Made by a program: the position numbers and the translations under genes. A stretch of DNA of 64,000 nt from an uncultured delta proteobacterium. Its GTDB lineage: Bacteria > Desulfobacterota > BSN033 > UBA1163. The stretch spans positions 160,001-224,000 of the forward strand of contig CAWHBU010000002.1 in NCBI GenBank assembly GCA_963827685.1. The letters run 5' to 3'. The notes under the pieces are model-generated. The model did no database searches. It was given only the letters and a program-made list of their open reading frames with translations, and had not been told where the DNA came from. Shown in pieces: positions 29,962 through 39,481 of this stretch (position 1 is its first letter; every line of letters starts with the position of its first letter).

Positions 29962-31197
29962 TCAAACCGCCTCCACCACGGTGGCGATACCAACTCCTCC
30001 GCCACCACAGACCATCTGGACGCCGGCCTTCCCGCCTGTGCGCTTGAGGTGGTGAACCATCTCCCCGAAGTACAGGACCCCGGAGGCACCAATGGGATGG
30101 CCCAGCGCAATGGCGCCACCTGTCGGATTCACCCTGGGATCGAGGCGGTCGTAGCCCAGCTCGTCTGCAAACTGGAGCAATGGGGAGGCGAATGCCTCGT
30201 TGGGCTCGATGATGTCCATGTTGTCGATGGTCTTGCCAGCCCGCTTGAGGGCCTTTCTCACAGCCGGGATAGGCGCCAGGAGCATGGGCACGGGCTCGCC
30301 TCCTGCCACGGCACAGGCCGCGATTCTGCAGAGGGGCTCAAGTCCCAATGCCTCGGCCTTGGCCCCGCTCATGAGCAGGACCGCGGCAGCCCCATCCACG
30401 ATCTGTGAGGAGTTGCCCGCGCTGACGAGTCCGTTTTCCTTGAACGGAGTGGGAAGCGCCATGAGATCTTGAAGGTATGCTTCCGGGTCCGCCACCGCCT
30501 TTGCCCGAAAGACCTCATCCCTTTCCACGCTCCGGGTCACACCCTCCCAGGTGAACTCGAATGGAACGATATGCTCCGCGTACCAGCCTTTCCGTTCGGC
30601 CTCGACAGCCTTCTGCATGCTCCACATGCCAAAGCGCTCCAAGTCCTCTCGGGTGTGTCTCTGATCTGCGGAGATCATCTCGGCGCAAACCCCCTGGGGC
30701 ACCAAGATGCCGATCTCAGTAAGGCGAGAGGACAAACGCACCGGATATTTGGCATCCATAGCTACCTGAATGTCGGACATCATGCCGAAGTGGGACATGA
30801 TCTCCACACCCCCGCAGATCATGATGTCTCCTTCCCCCACCATGATCTCGTGCGCAGCGATATTGATCGCCTTGAGGCCGGCATTGCAGTACTGGTTCAC
30901 TGTGCAGCCCGCCGCCTCCTTGGGGATGCCCGCAAGGAGCGATGCGATGCGCGCAATATTGGCGCCCTGCTCCCCGATCTGGCTCAGGCATCCAATGATT
31001 ACGTTTTCGATCTCCGTTTCATCGAACTTGGGGCACCGAGAGCGGACCCTTTCCAGCAATCCCCGGAGGGTGTTGGCCATGAGATCCTGAGCTGATGCCT
31101 GGCAGAGCTGGCCGCCTTTCTCCATTCCCTTCCGCCCCGACTTGCCAATTGCGGATCGAACCGCATCAATGACCACCACTTCATTCAACCTTGCCAT
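29962..31197 (-). CDS. Thiolase (acetyl-CoA C-acyltransferase)
   Basis: NQYCNAG, SAGNSS..DGAA, NEAF, GGAIALGHPIGASG, CGGGG. Confidence 0.94.
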   Translation of the reverse strand: MARLNEVVVIDAVRSAIGKSGRKGMEKGGQLCQASAQDLMANTLRGLLERVRSRCPKFDETEIENVIIGCLSQIGEQGANIARIASLLAGIPKEAAGCTVNQYCNAGLKAINIAAHEIMVGEGDIMICGGVEIMSHFGMMSDIQVAMDAKYPVRLSSRLTEIGILVPQGVCAEMISADQRHTREDLERFGMWSMQKAVEAERKGWYAEHIVPFEFTWEGVTRSVERDEVFRAKAVADPEAYLQDLMALPTPFKENGLVSAGNSSQIVDGAAAVLLMSGAKAEALGLEPLCRIAACAVAGGEPVPMLLAPIPAVRKALKRAGKTIDNMDIIEPNEAFASPLLQFADELGYDRLDPRVNPTGGAIALGHPIGASGVLYFGEMVHHLKRTGGKAGVQMVCGGGGVGIATVVEAV

Positions 31198-31554
31198 GTT
31201 CGCGCCTCCTTTTCTTTAACTGTCTTCGCCGCCGCCCCTCCAGGGGAGACCCATTATGACTCACGGTCATCATCCCTTGCAACCGCGCCTGTCTCATGCC
31301 TCACCCGAACTTTTCACTGATACTGATAAGAACTCGCTTGATGGTGATTTGAACATAAGAAAAACGGAGTTGGATGTCAAGAAAGAAAACCACCGTTGAT
31401 TACCAATTGCAAGCATGTATTACCAAAAAGTCCTGTCGCGGATCTCAGGAAGTAGTCTTGAGAAAAGGGAGGCGAGGGCTTCATCTACCACTCTTCAGTT
31501 TCGTACCAGAAACTCCGGGGGCGAATCTTTATCCTTGATTGATCTGCCTCCCCC

Positions 31555-32223
31555 TTATTCCAAAACCCTTATTTTCTGCTCCGGACTTTGACTTGGAGTG
31601 ATGAATCGAAGGCGATAGTAATTCCCTTCTATTCTTCCGATGTATGTCCCCGGGGAATCGCCGACTGGGGTTCCTGTGATCTCGTAGGCGTCCCTGCGCC
31701 CGACGGATACGAGGATTTTCCCGCCGGATTCCACAATGGCTATGCCCTCCTGGCCACTGGATAGTTCGCCTGCAAAAACGCGGCCCTTATACCGAAGAAT
31801 CCGGGAAACCTTGTGCTCTTTCATATCGACAAGGTATTCTCCTTCTTGATGCTGAAGGCGAACCCAGGGGCCTCCTTGTTGATTTGCCGGGTACCAGTAA
31901 GTGTTGACCAGGGTGAGACTTCTGCTGTCGGAGGGCAGGGATCGTTCGAGCACGGTCGATCCTTTGGTAAATTTCAGTTTGTATTGGTATGCAGTTAGGG
32001 AAGGGTGAATGCCATGTCGGAGAAAGACCAGCGTGCCGTGCTCAGGAGGAATGGGGATCATGCAGGAGACCTGCAGCGGCATGGATCTGTAAGCACTCTT
32101 AATATAAGGTTTAATCGATTGGCCAAGTGAGGGGTATAAGTAAAATGCCACAACGGCGAAGAGCAGGGCAACTACGATGCATATGATTAGCCCAACAAAA
32201 AAGATTCTAAAAACTTTTTTCAT
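31555..32223 (-). CDS. Hypothetical protein with N-terminal membrane anchor
   Basis: 222-aa ORF, GAGG RBS, basic N-terminus followed by a long hydrophobic helix; no family recognised. Confidence 0.65.
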   Translation of the reverse strand: MKKVFRIFFVGLIICIVVALLFAVVAFYLYPSLGQSIKPYIKSAYRSMPLQVSCMIPIPPEHGTLVFLRHGIHPSLTAYQYKLKFTKGSTVLERSLPSDSRSLTLVNTYWYPANQQGGPWVRLQHQEGEYLVDMKEHKVSRILRYKGRVFAGELSSGQEGIAIVESGGKILVSVGRRDAYEITGTPVGDSPGTYIGRIEGNYYRLRFITPSQSPEQKIRVLE

Positions 32224-32492
32224 GGTTTTACCTCATATTTTAACAGAATTGTGGCACAACATTTTGTCTAAAGGTTCCCTTGTATCCTAAGATGGTTTGG
32301 TGACAACCCCTCTTTATATATGTTTTGTAATATACACCACACCCAAGCTTTTTAAAAGTGCCAATTTCGGGAAGGGCGGGAGGGTAATCACCCGTCTGAC
32401 CATTGCCTCTGCCTTGACAAATGTAGCCCTCAATAACTAACTTTAAATCGATGAGATTGACAAAGGCTGGATAGAGAAAGGAGGAAAAGACA

Positions 32493-32771
32493 ATGGAAAC
32501 AAACCAAAGAGGCTATTCAAATCTGTGGAAGGGACTTATGGTTGGCAGCATTTTGGGTACGGCAGCAGGCTTTTTATTAGCTCCCAAATCTGGAAAGGAA
32601 CTGAGGTCAGATATTAAGGGGAAAACGGACAAGGCATTGGAGGAGACAAAGCGCGTTTACTCAGATAGTCGCACAAGGTTTAGAAATGCTTTGGCGTGTG
32701 TTGCTGGGATAGGAGAAAAGGCTTTACCAAACGACTTTGTGTCGGGTGAAGAAATAATGGGGGACGCCTAA
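32493..32771 (+). CDS. YtxH domain-containing protein
   Basis: G..VG.ILG.AAGFLLAPKSGKELR; AGGAGG RBS. Confidence 0.88.
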   Translation: METNQRGYSNLWKGLMVGSILGTAAGFLLAPKSGKELRSDIKGKTDKALEETKRVYSDSRTRFRNALACVAGIGEKALPNDFVSGEEIMGDA

Positions 32772-33061
32772 GAGGAATTAACAGGTTGAGGAGACAAGAG
32801 ATATAGACTTTTAAAAGTTTTCCCGAGTGTTTTATGGATTCCGAAACTTTCATTATGGTGTTTTAATTTAAGATTTCCAAACGGAATACAGTCTTTTCTA
32901 CACGGAGATATAAAATTTATCTTGTTTACTTTGATTGTCGTTTTGGATAGAATAAAAAGAGTTCAGCGAAAATCAACAGGTGCCTTTTCATTAAAGGCGG
33001 ATCAAGCAGCTTTTGTAAGACGTGAGTGGTAACCAACAAAAAAGAAAGGAGGTTTCATCCT

Positions 33062-33460
33062 ATGGCAGAGAATGGAAACGGTGGTGGAGGGTTCCTGCGG
33101 GGATTCCTTATAGGAGGCATGCTGGGGGTAATAGCAGGTGTTTTATTTGCTCCTAAATCCGGAAAAGAGCTGAGATCTGAACTGAAGCAGAAGGGGAGTG
33201 AAGTCCTCGACGAAGCGAAGGGATTTTATTCAGAAGCACAGGTTAAAGCGAAGGCCATCCTTGAAGATGCTCAGCGCCGGGCTGAAGAACTGAAGAAGGA
33301 AGCCAATCTTCAGCTTACCGAAGCACGCCTGAAGGCAAAGGAAGTGATAGAGGACGCAAAAACAGGGGCGAAAAAAGTAAAGGGAGCGGTAGAGGTAGGT
33401 TTGGAAGCCGCAAAGCAAGAGTTCTCTAAGGGATCGAAGAAGAATGAAACCAAGGCTTAA
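33062..33460 (+). CDS. YtxH domain-containing protein
   Basis: GFLIGGMLG..AGVLFAPKSGKELR plus coiled coil; ATG at 33062 after AGGAGG. Confidence 0.9.
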   Translation: MAENGNGGGGFLRGFLIGGMLGVIAGVLFAPKSGKELRSELKQKGSEVLDEAKGFYSEAQVKAKAILEDAQRRAEELKKEANLQLTEARLKAKEVIEDAKTGAKKVKGAVEVGLEAAKQEFSKGSKKNETKA

Positions 33461-33481
33461 ATCGAAGGGAGATCACCACTT

Positions 33482-33874
33482 ATGTTACAGACTATCAGCG
33501 TCACTGTCATTGCAGCCTCTATAGTCGTTGTCACGATTGTTCTCATCCCTGTTATTTTGCAGATCCGCCGAACAGCTCGCGAGGCTGAGAAATTTTTAGA
33601 AACAGCCCGCACGCAGATTGTTCCCCTGGGTCATGACCTGACTGTCATTTCCAAGGAAGTCAGTAGTATCGTGCAATCCATTCATCGGCAGGCGGATAAA
33701 GTTGAGGAAGGGATTGTCACTGTTGAGGAGGCTGCCGGGCGCCTGCGGGAGTTCGAGGAAGCCGTATTGACCATCGTTGGGGAGCCCCTACTCAAGCTTG
33801 CAACGCTGGTCAGCGCAGTGAGCCGAGGAATCGGGGCCTTTCTGCGATTTTTTCGAAGTCCAGCTGCAGAGTGA
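33482..33874 (+). CDS. DUF948/YoxC-like membrane protein
   Basis: N-terminal TM helix followed by a coiled coil; usual neighbour of ytxH. Confidence 0.75.
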   Translation: MLQTISVTVIAASIVVVTIVLIPVILQIRRTAREAEKFLETARTQIVPLGHDLTVISKEVSSIVQSIHRQADKVEEGIVTVEEAAGRLREFEEAVLTIVGEPLLKLATLVSAVSRGIGAFLRFFRSPAAE

Positions 33875-33908
33875 TGAATGTAGGGAAATAAAATCAAGGA
33901 CCAAAACA

Positions 33909-33990
33909 GAGATCCCGAGATCGTTAGATTGAATTCGATAGAGCCTGAACTTGTTTCAGGGCAAGGTTCAGGACCTGGTTCGGGATGACA
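33909..33990. repeat. Degenerate GTCATCCCGAAC-type REP-like element
   Basis: gagatcccga...cctgaacttgtttcagg...gttcgggatgaca between convergent genes. Confidence 0.5.
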
Positions 33991-34038
33991 AGAAACAAGC
34001 GTCGACCGCGGATTGATGTTTCAAGGATCTTAAATTCT

Positions 34039-35901
34039 TTATAAATACCCTAGTTTCTTCAGGTTGACCATCAGGATGGAGATAGCGGCAGGGGTGACAC
34101 CAGAGATTCTTGAAGCCTGGCCGAGGGAATAAGGTTTAATCTTCTTCAGTTTCTCCATCACCTCTGTGGTGAGTCCGATCACAGAGCTGAAATCAAATTG
34201 TCCTGGGAAGCTCACGTCCTCCAATCTTCTAAACCTTTCAATCTGTTCCATCTGCCTCTTGATATACCCGTCATATTTCACCTGAATCTCGACCTGCTCC
34301 TGTATCGATTCTGGAAAATTTTCGAGACTTCGATCAAACTCAAAGAGGTGTTTGAAATGAATCTCCGGCCTCTTCAGTATTTCTTGAAGGGAAGAATCTT
34401 TTTTCAGAGTAGCGCTTCCCCATTGATGGAGGATCTCATCATTTTTCTTCGTGGGATTGATTCTTAGAGATGAGATTCTGGATAGTGCTTTTTCAATCGC
34501 CGCTTTTTTCTGCAGAAAGATCTTATAGTCTTCCTTCTTCACTAACCCCACTTCGTATCCGTCTTCTCTCAATCTCAGATCGGCATTGTCTTCTCTCAAA
34601 TAGAGGCGGTATTCCGCACGGGAGGTAAACATGCGATAGGGTTCGGCAGTCCCTTTGGTGACCAGGTCATCGATCAAAACGCCGATATAAGCATCGGAAC
34701 GTTTCAAGATGAGAGGTTCCTCCCCTCGAATAGAGAGCGAGGCATTGATCCCGGCCATCAATCCTTGTGCCCCTGCCTCTTCGTAGCCCGACGTTCCGTT
34801 TATCTGTCCAGCGTGAAAGAGTCCTTTGATCCTTTTCGTTTCAAGGGAAGGCTTCAGTTCCGTGGGATCGACAAAGTCATATTCGATGGCATAACCGGGC
34901 CGGATGATCTCCACTTCTTCGAGCCCTTTGATCGATCTTAGCATTCGGATCTGGATATCAAGAGGAAGGCTGGTGGAGATCCCATTCGGATAGACCTCAT
35001 TGGTGTTTCGGCCATCGGGCTCTAAAAAGATCTGGTGTCTTTTCTTATCTGCAAAACGGACCACTTTATCCTCAATCGAGGGGCAATATCGGGGTCCGAT
35101 GCCTTTGATAATTCCGCAGTAGAGAGGGGACCGGTCGAGGCCGCTCCTAATAATTTCGTGGGTAGTGGGATTCGTATAAGTCATATAGCAGGGAACCTGT
35201 TCGACATCGATCTTTTCTGTTGAGAAGGAAAAAGGAATTGGCGGTTCGTCTCCGTATTGAGGCGTCAGTTGAGAGAAATTAATGGTATTTCGATCGAGCC
35301 TGGGAGTGGTTCCGGTCTTGAGCCTTCCCATCCGAAACCCCAATCTATTGAGCGATTCTGATAAGCCGATGGAGGGCGGATCACCCATCCGGCCGGCAGA
35401 AAAGTGGGTGAGACCAATATGGATCAGACCATTCATAAAAGTCCCCGGGGTAAGGATCAATGCTTTTGTTTGGATGGTTTCATTTGAATCTGTTTTCACA
35501 CCCATGATCTGATTTTCATCTATTAGAATTTCCTCTACCGTCGCTTCTTTGATCGAGAGATTTTCTTGATTCTCGACAGTCCTTTTCATTCGAGATCGGT
35601 ATTCCTGACGATCAACCTGAGCTCGTGAAGAGCGAACCGCAGGACCTTTCGTATCATTGAGCTGACGGAATTGTATTCCTGTTTCGTCAGTGGCTTTGGC
35701 CATCTCTCCACCGAGTGCATCGATCTCCTTCACCAGATGGCCTTTGGCCAACCCACCCACAGCAGGGTTGCAGGACATGTAGCCAATCTGTTCGACTTTT
35801 TGAGTGATCAGAAGGGTAGGGTGTCCCAGACGGGCGCAGGCCAGGCAGGCTTCAATCCCAGCATGCCCTCCGCCCACCACCACTACATCGTAATCAGCCA
35901 T
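34039..35901 (-). CDS. mnmG: tRNA uridine-5-carboxymethylaminomethyl modification enzyme MnmG (GidA)
   Basis: VVGGGHAG.EA, MSCNP..GG.AKG, RLKTGT, GPRYCPSIEDK, AGQINGTSGYEEA, EPYRMFTSRAEYRL; start MADYD at 35901. Confidence 0.98.
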   Translation of the reverse strand: MADYDVVVVGGGHAGIEACLACARLGHPTLLITQKVEQIGYMSCNPAVGGLAKGHLVKEIDALGGEMAKATDETGIQFRQLNDTKGPAVRSSRAQVDRQEYRSRMKRTVENQENLSIKEATVEEILIDENQIMGVKTDSNETIQTKALILTPGTFMNGLIHIGLTHFSAGRMGDPPSIGLSESLNRLGFRMGRLKTGTTPRLDRNTINFSQLTPQYGDEPPIPFSFSTEKIDVEQVPCYMTYTNPTTHEIIRSGLDRSPLYCGIIKGIGPRYCPSIEDKVVRFADKKRHQIFLEPDGRNTNEVYPNGISTSLPLDIQIRMLRSIKGLEEVEIIRPGYAIEYDFVDPTELKPSLETKRIKGLFHAGQINGTSGYEEAGAQGLMAGINASLSIRGEEPLILKRSDAYIGVLIDDLVTKGTAEPYRMFTSRAEYRLYLREDNADLRLREDGYEVGLVKKEDYKIFLQKKAAIEKALSRISSLRINPTKKNDEILHQWGSATLKKDSSLQEILKRPEIHFKHLFEFDRSLENFPESIQEQVEIQVKYDGYIKRQMEQIERFRRLEDVSFPGQFDFSSVIGLTTEVMEKLKKIKPYSLGQASRISGVTPAAISILMVNLKKLGYL

Positions 35902-35972
35902 AGTCAACACCAAAATTCGATTTAAAAGCGTTCTCGCCAGGTATGCTGCCCGAGACACAGGGCGTAGCGACT

Positions 35973-36109
35973 AAATTTCAAAATTCCAAAATCCAAATCC
36001 CAAATAAATTCCAAGCCCCAATTTCCAATAACCCAAACTGTTTTGTTTAGAATTTTGAATTTCGGTCATTGATATTTGTTTAGAACTTGGTATTTGGGAT
36101 TTGGTGCTT
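35973..36109. repeat. Heptamer-periodic palindromic element (AAATCC-type arm and GGATTT-type arm)
   Basis: aaattccaaaatccaaatcccaaa... mirrored by ...ttggtatttgggatttgg. Confidence 0.7.
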
Positions 36110-36133
36110 CTCTTTTTCGCTATGCGCTCTGCC

Positions 36134-36817
36134 CTATGCGGTTTTTTTGCCTCGGCAGGCTTTTACGCAGACGCCACAGATATTATGGCTGAAGTGGAGG
36201 GTTTTGGCAAAGGTTCTGAGTTGTTCATAACATCGAAGATGATCGAAATCCCCTTGCCGTTCCTTAATTGCCCCTGCAGGACAGACCGACAGGCAATTGC
36301 GGCAGGAACCACAATCTCTTGTTGAAGGGGAATCAATCATAAGAGGAAGGTCGGTGAGGATGGTAACCAAACGAATCCGAGATCCAAATTGTTCATTGAC
36401 GAGAAGGTTGTTTCGGCCGATCCACCCCAATCCCGCAGCCCGGGCCACATGTTTATGGGAAACGTGGCCCTTTTGGTTTTTCCAATCAACGATTTGGGAG
36501 GCAGGGATGGGCATCGCCTGGTGTCCGAGGTCTTGAATCGCCGAACTCACGATCAGCCCAATGGTGTCCAGAAGAATATTAACCCTCTGGTAGTGATGGA
36601 AATAGAGTGGAGTGGGTTGGTTTTCAATCTCTTCTAAAATCGCATTGGAAAGGTGAAATCCCACCGAGACCCCATAGGGAAGTCGATTGATCAAGGAAGG
36701 AGGAAGAAGGATTTCCTCCTTTTTAAAAGAACGAAGATCTGCCACTCCAAACAGGGAACCTCCCTGTTGGTGGCAAAGTTTTTTTATCTTTTCGGCGCTT
36801 TCCTTAGGATTCGGCAT
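36134..36817 (-). CDS. QueG/reductive-dehalogenase-like 4Fe-4S dicluster protein (epoxyqueuosine reductase family)
   Basis: SHKHVARAAGLGWIGRNNL, FGSRIRL.TILTD, CGSCRNCLSVCP, CGVCVKAC. Confidence 0.75.
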   Translation of the reverse strand: MPNPKESAEKIKKLCHQQGGSLFGVADLRSFKKEEILLPPSLINRLPYGVSVGFHLSNAILEEIENQPTPLYFHHYQRVNILLDTIGLIVSSAIQDLGHQAMPIPASQIVDWKNQKGHVSHKHVARAAGLGWIGRNNLLVNEQFGSRIRLVTILTDLPLMIDSPSTRDCGSCRNCLSVCPAGAIKERQGDFDHLRCYEQLRTFAKTLHFSHNICGVCVKACRGKKTA

Positions 36818-36863
36818 GGAGTAAATTGTGACTTTTGAATGGATTTATTGCAAGAACATTCTC

Positions 36864-36929
36864 ATTTCGGAATTCGGAATGCGGATTTCGGATTTGAATT
36901 CCGCACTCCGCATTCTGCAATCGGCAATT
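36864..36929. repeat. Heptamer-periodic palindromic element (AWTKCGG arm and CCGCA arm)
   Basis: atttcgg aattcgg aatgcgg atttcgg ... ttccgca ctccgca ttctgca atcggca; partial copy at about 40872-40893. Confidence 0.75.
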
Positions 36930-36932
36930 GAA

Positions 36933-37745
36933 CTAACGCGCCTTAATCTTCAGCTCTTGCATTTTTTTGCGAAGGGTGTTCCGATTGATCCCTAAGAATT
37001 GGGCGGCAGCAATTTGGACATGGTCCACCTTCTCTAAGGCGGACTTGATCAAGATCTTCTCTACCAATCTAATGATATCGTCATAGATCCCCATCTTGGT
37101 CTTTGTCTCCACATAAGGGTCAATCTTATTCAGAACTTCAACCAGTTTCTGTTCCAGGATATCATCCAGAAGATGAGATCCTGCCTTCAGTTTGCTATCT
37201 TTCGCAAGAGGTCCGCTCTTTTTCAAATGGAAATTTTTAATCACAGGAGAGAGGATCGCTGAGAGGATGGAGAGGAACTGAAAATCCTCAGCCAATTCGT
37301 CTCTGGGACCATAGAGGGAATTCATGTTCATGACACCCATGGGCTCATTATCCGGAATGAGAGGGATGCAGAGCAGAGGGGGTTGGACCTTCTCGATCCA
37401 CCTCTGGCTCTTCATCATTTCCTCGTAGAGCGGCTCTCGACTTAAATCCTGAATCACCATGGGTTGTCGCGATTCCAGGACTTTACCGATCGTCCCTTTT
37501 TGGGCAGGACAAGTTGGCGGATGGATCTCTTTTTCGATTCCATAGAGAGCTTCCACTTGGAGAAAATCCTTTTGAGCGTCTTGGAGGAAGAGGGCTGAAT
37601 ACTTAATTGGGAAATATTGAGATAGGATTCCCATCGCTCCGAGAAAATAATCTTGGAGGTGGTTCTGTGGAGGGAGCAGGATGATCTCGTAAAGGCTCCT
37701 CAATTCAGGGTTTGACCGGGGATTGATGAAGAATGGTGAAGACAT
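36933..37745 (-). CDS. GAF domain + Fis-type HTH regulator (no AAA+ domain)
   Basis: NifA-like GAF (G.IGKVLES.QPMVIQD, LCIPL...MGV) joined to AAAQFLGINRNTLRKK; only 270 aa. Confidence 0.82.
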   Translation of the reverse strand: MSSPFFINPRSNPELRSLYEIILLPPQNHLQDYFLGAMGILSQYFPIKYSALFLQDAQKDFLQVEALYGIEKEIHPPTCPAQKGTIGKVLESRQPMVIQDLSREPLYEEMMKSQRWIEKVQPPLLCIPLIPDNEPMGVMNMNSLYGPRDELAEDFQFLSILSAILSPVIKNFHLKKSGPLAKDSKLKAGSHLLDDILEQKLVEVLNKIDPYVETKTKMGIYDDIIRLVEKILIKSALEKVDHVQIAAAQFLGINRNTLRKKMQELKIKAR

Positions 37746-37905
37746 ATCAGGCTCCTATCCGCTGGAACTCGAATGAAACGATGGTTTTGACAAACGGGGT
37801 ACCTTGGAGTTTATTCCGAAGATTAATCCTATATAAATTGAATTCCAATTTCAAGAAAAATTTACACTTGAAGTCTCATCATGAATTCATTAAAATCCAC
37901 TCCAT

Positions 37906-38865
37906 ATGGCCGCAAAGATTGAGATGGATCGGCCTCGGGTGGTGATTCTCCTCGGTCCGACGGGATCAGGAAAATCAAAATTGGCTATGGAATGGGCGGA
38001 GGAGTGGGGGGGTGAAATCATCAGTGCTGACTCCATGCAGGTTTATCGGTATATGGATATCGGCACAGCCAAACCCACACGCGACGACCAAGAGAGAGTA
38101 CGGCACCACTTAATTGATTTAGTCACCCCTGATCAACCTTTTCATGCTGCAGTCTATCGAACTCTGGGTCGGAAAACCATTGATCAATTATTCCAGGATA
38201 AGAAATGCATTTGGGTGGTAGGAGGAACTGGACTTTATATCAAAACCCTCACTCAGGGACTCTTTTCCAGTCCCAAAATAGATCCCCACGTGAGGGAAAG
38301 CCTAAAACAGGAAGCCAAGGAGAAAGGGGGAAATGCCCTTTATGAGCGTTTGAAAAAAGTCGATTCCCAGACAGCCTTTCATCTCCATCCGAACGACCTC
38401 TTTCGAATTATACGAGCTCTGGAGGTCTTTGATTCGACAGGAGCCCCCATTTCTTTCTATCGGGAACAGCATCGTTTTGGAGAAAGACCATACGTGACTT
38501 TAAAAATTGGTCTGGAGATGAACCGGGACACGCTCTATCGTCGTATCGAGGAAAGAGTAGATCAGATGTTAGAAAAAGGGCTCCTTCAGGAGGTCGAGAG
38601 GCTGATGGAAATGGGTTATGGACCTGAATTGAAGCCGATGCAGAGTTTAGGTTATAAACAGATGGTCCAATTTCTCTTGAAAGAGATCGGGTGGGAGGAA
38701 GCCGTAAGACAGATGAAAAGGGATACACGTCATTATGCCAAGCGGCAATGGACATGGTTTAAGGCCGATCCTGAGATTCACTGGCGGGATGAGTCAACGG
38801 ATCGGCGAAAAATGTTTCTCGAAATCGAATCTTTTTGGGGAAGGGGAGGCCCCAAGGCATGGTGA
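37906..38865 (+). CDS. miaA: tRNA dimethylallyltransferase
   Basis: GPTGSGKS, SADSMQVY..MDIGTAKP, VGGTGLY, RIIRALEV, YAKRQ.TWF. Confidence 0.98.
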   Translation: MAAKIEMDRPRVVILLGPTGSGKSKLAMEWAEEWGGEIISADSMQVYRYMDIGTAKPTRDDQERVRHHLIDLVTPDQPFHAAVYRTLGRKTIDQLFQDKKCIWVVGGTGLYIKTLTQGLFSSPKIDPHVRESLKQEAKEKGGNALYERLKKVDSQTAFHLHPNDLFRIIRALEVFDSTGAPISFYREQHRFGERPYVTLKIGLEMNRDTLYRRIEERVDQMLEKGLLQEVERLMEMGYGPELKPMQSLGYKQMVQFLLKEIGWEEAVRQMKRDTRHYAKRQWTWFKADPEIHWRDESTDRRKMFLEIESFWGRGGPKAW

Positions 38866-39086
38866 AGAATCAGATTAATATCCAGGATCAATTTCTCAAT
38901 CGTATCCGGCGGGATCGGAAACATGTGGTGGTCGAATTGACCACGGGTCGCAAGATCGAAGGGGTTATTCTCAGCTTTGATAATTTCTGCATCATCCTCC
39001 GGAAAGAGGCGGATCAGCTGGTTTATAAGCATGCCATCTGCTCCATCTCTTCCGGTGAAAAGATAGAATTTCTTGAGACAAGATAG
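38859..39086 (+). CDS. hfq: RNA chaperone Hfq
   Basis: NIQDQFLN..R, FDNF.I.L, QLVYKHAI; overlaps the miaA stop (conserved miaA-hfq order). Confidence 0.95.
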   Translation: MVKNQINIQDQFLNRIRRDRKHVVVELTTGRKIEGVILSFDNFCIILRKEADQLVYKHAICSISSGEKIEFLETR

Positions 39087-39158
39087 AATAAATTCCAATA
39101 ACTAATAGGAACGACATAAATAAGGTGACATCACCCTCTCCCTAACCCTCCCCCCTTG

Positions 39159-39400
39159 GAGGTTGTGTCGTAATCAATGACGGAGGGGAGATATGGACAG
39201 AGCAGACAGTCAAGTTCCTCAGCTTTAGAAGGCGGTCATTTAGAGGTATGGGTAATCGAGCTTCTTGCAAATGTAATCTTTCCATAGGCTTGCAGCCCCG
39301 TAGCTGACCGATAAAAGGTTTCCGCCCTAAAGCTTCGTCACCTGACCGCCTGCTCCGTCTTGTTGCGAGAGCGGTCTCTTGTTCATTATGACACAGTCTC
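39159..39400. mobile_element. 242-bp MITE-like element inserted in a CCCTC hairpin
   Basis: Terminal IRs GAGGTTGTGTCGTAAT / ATTATGACACAGTCTC (13/16 match), flanked by TTG duplication (39156-39158, 39401-39403). Confidence 0.75.
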
Positions 39401-39481
39401 TTGAGGGGGAGGGGAGGGTGGGGGGTAAAATAAATTAACACATTTGCATTAGGTTGATTAATATGTAAGTTAGAGGACAGG

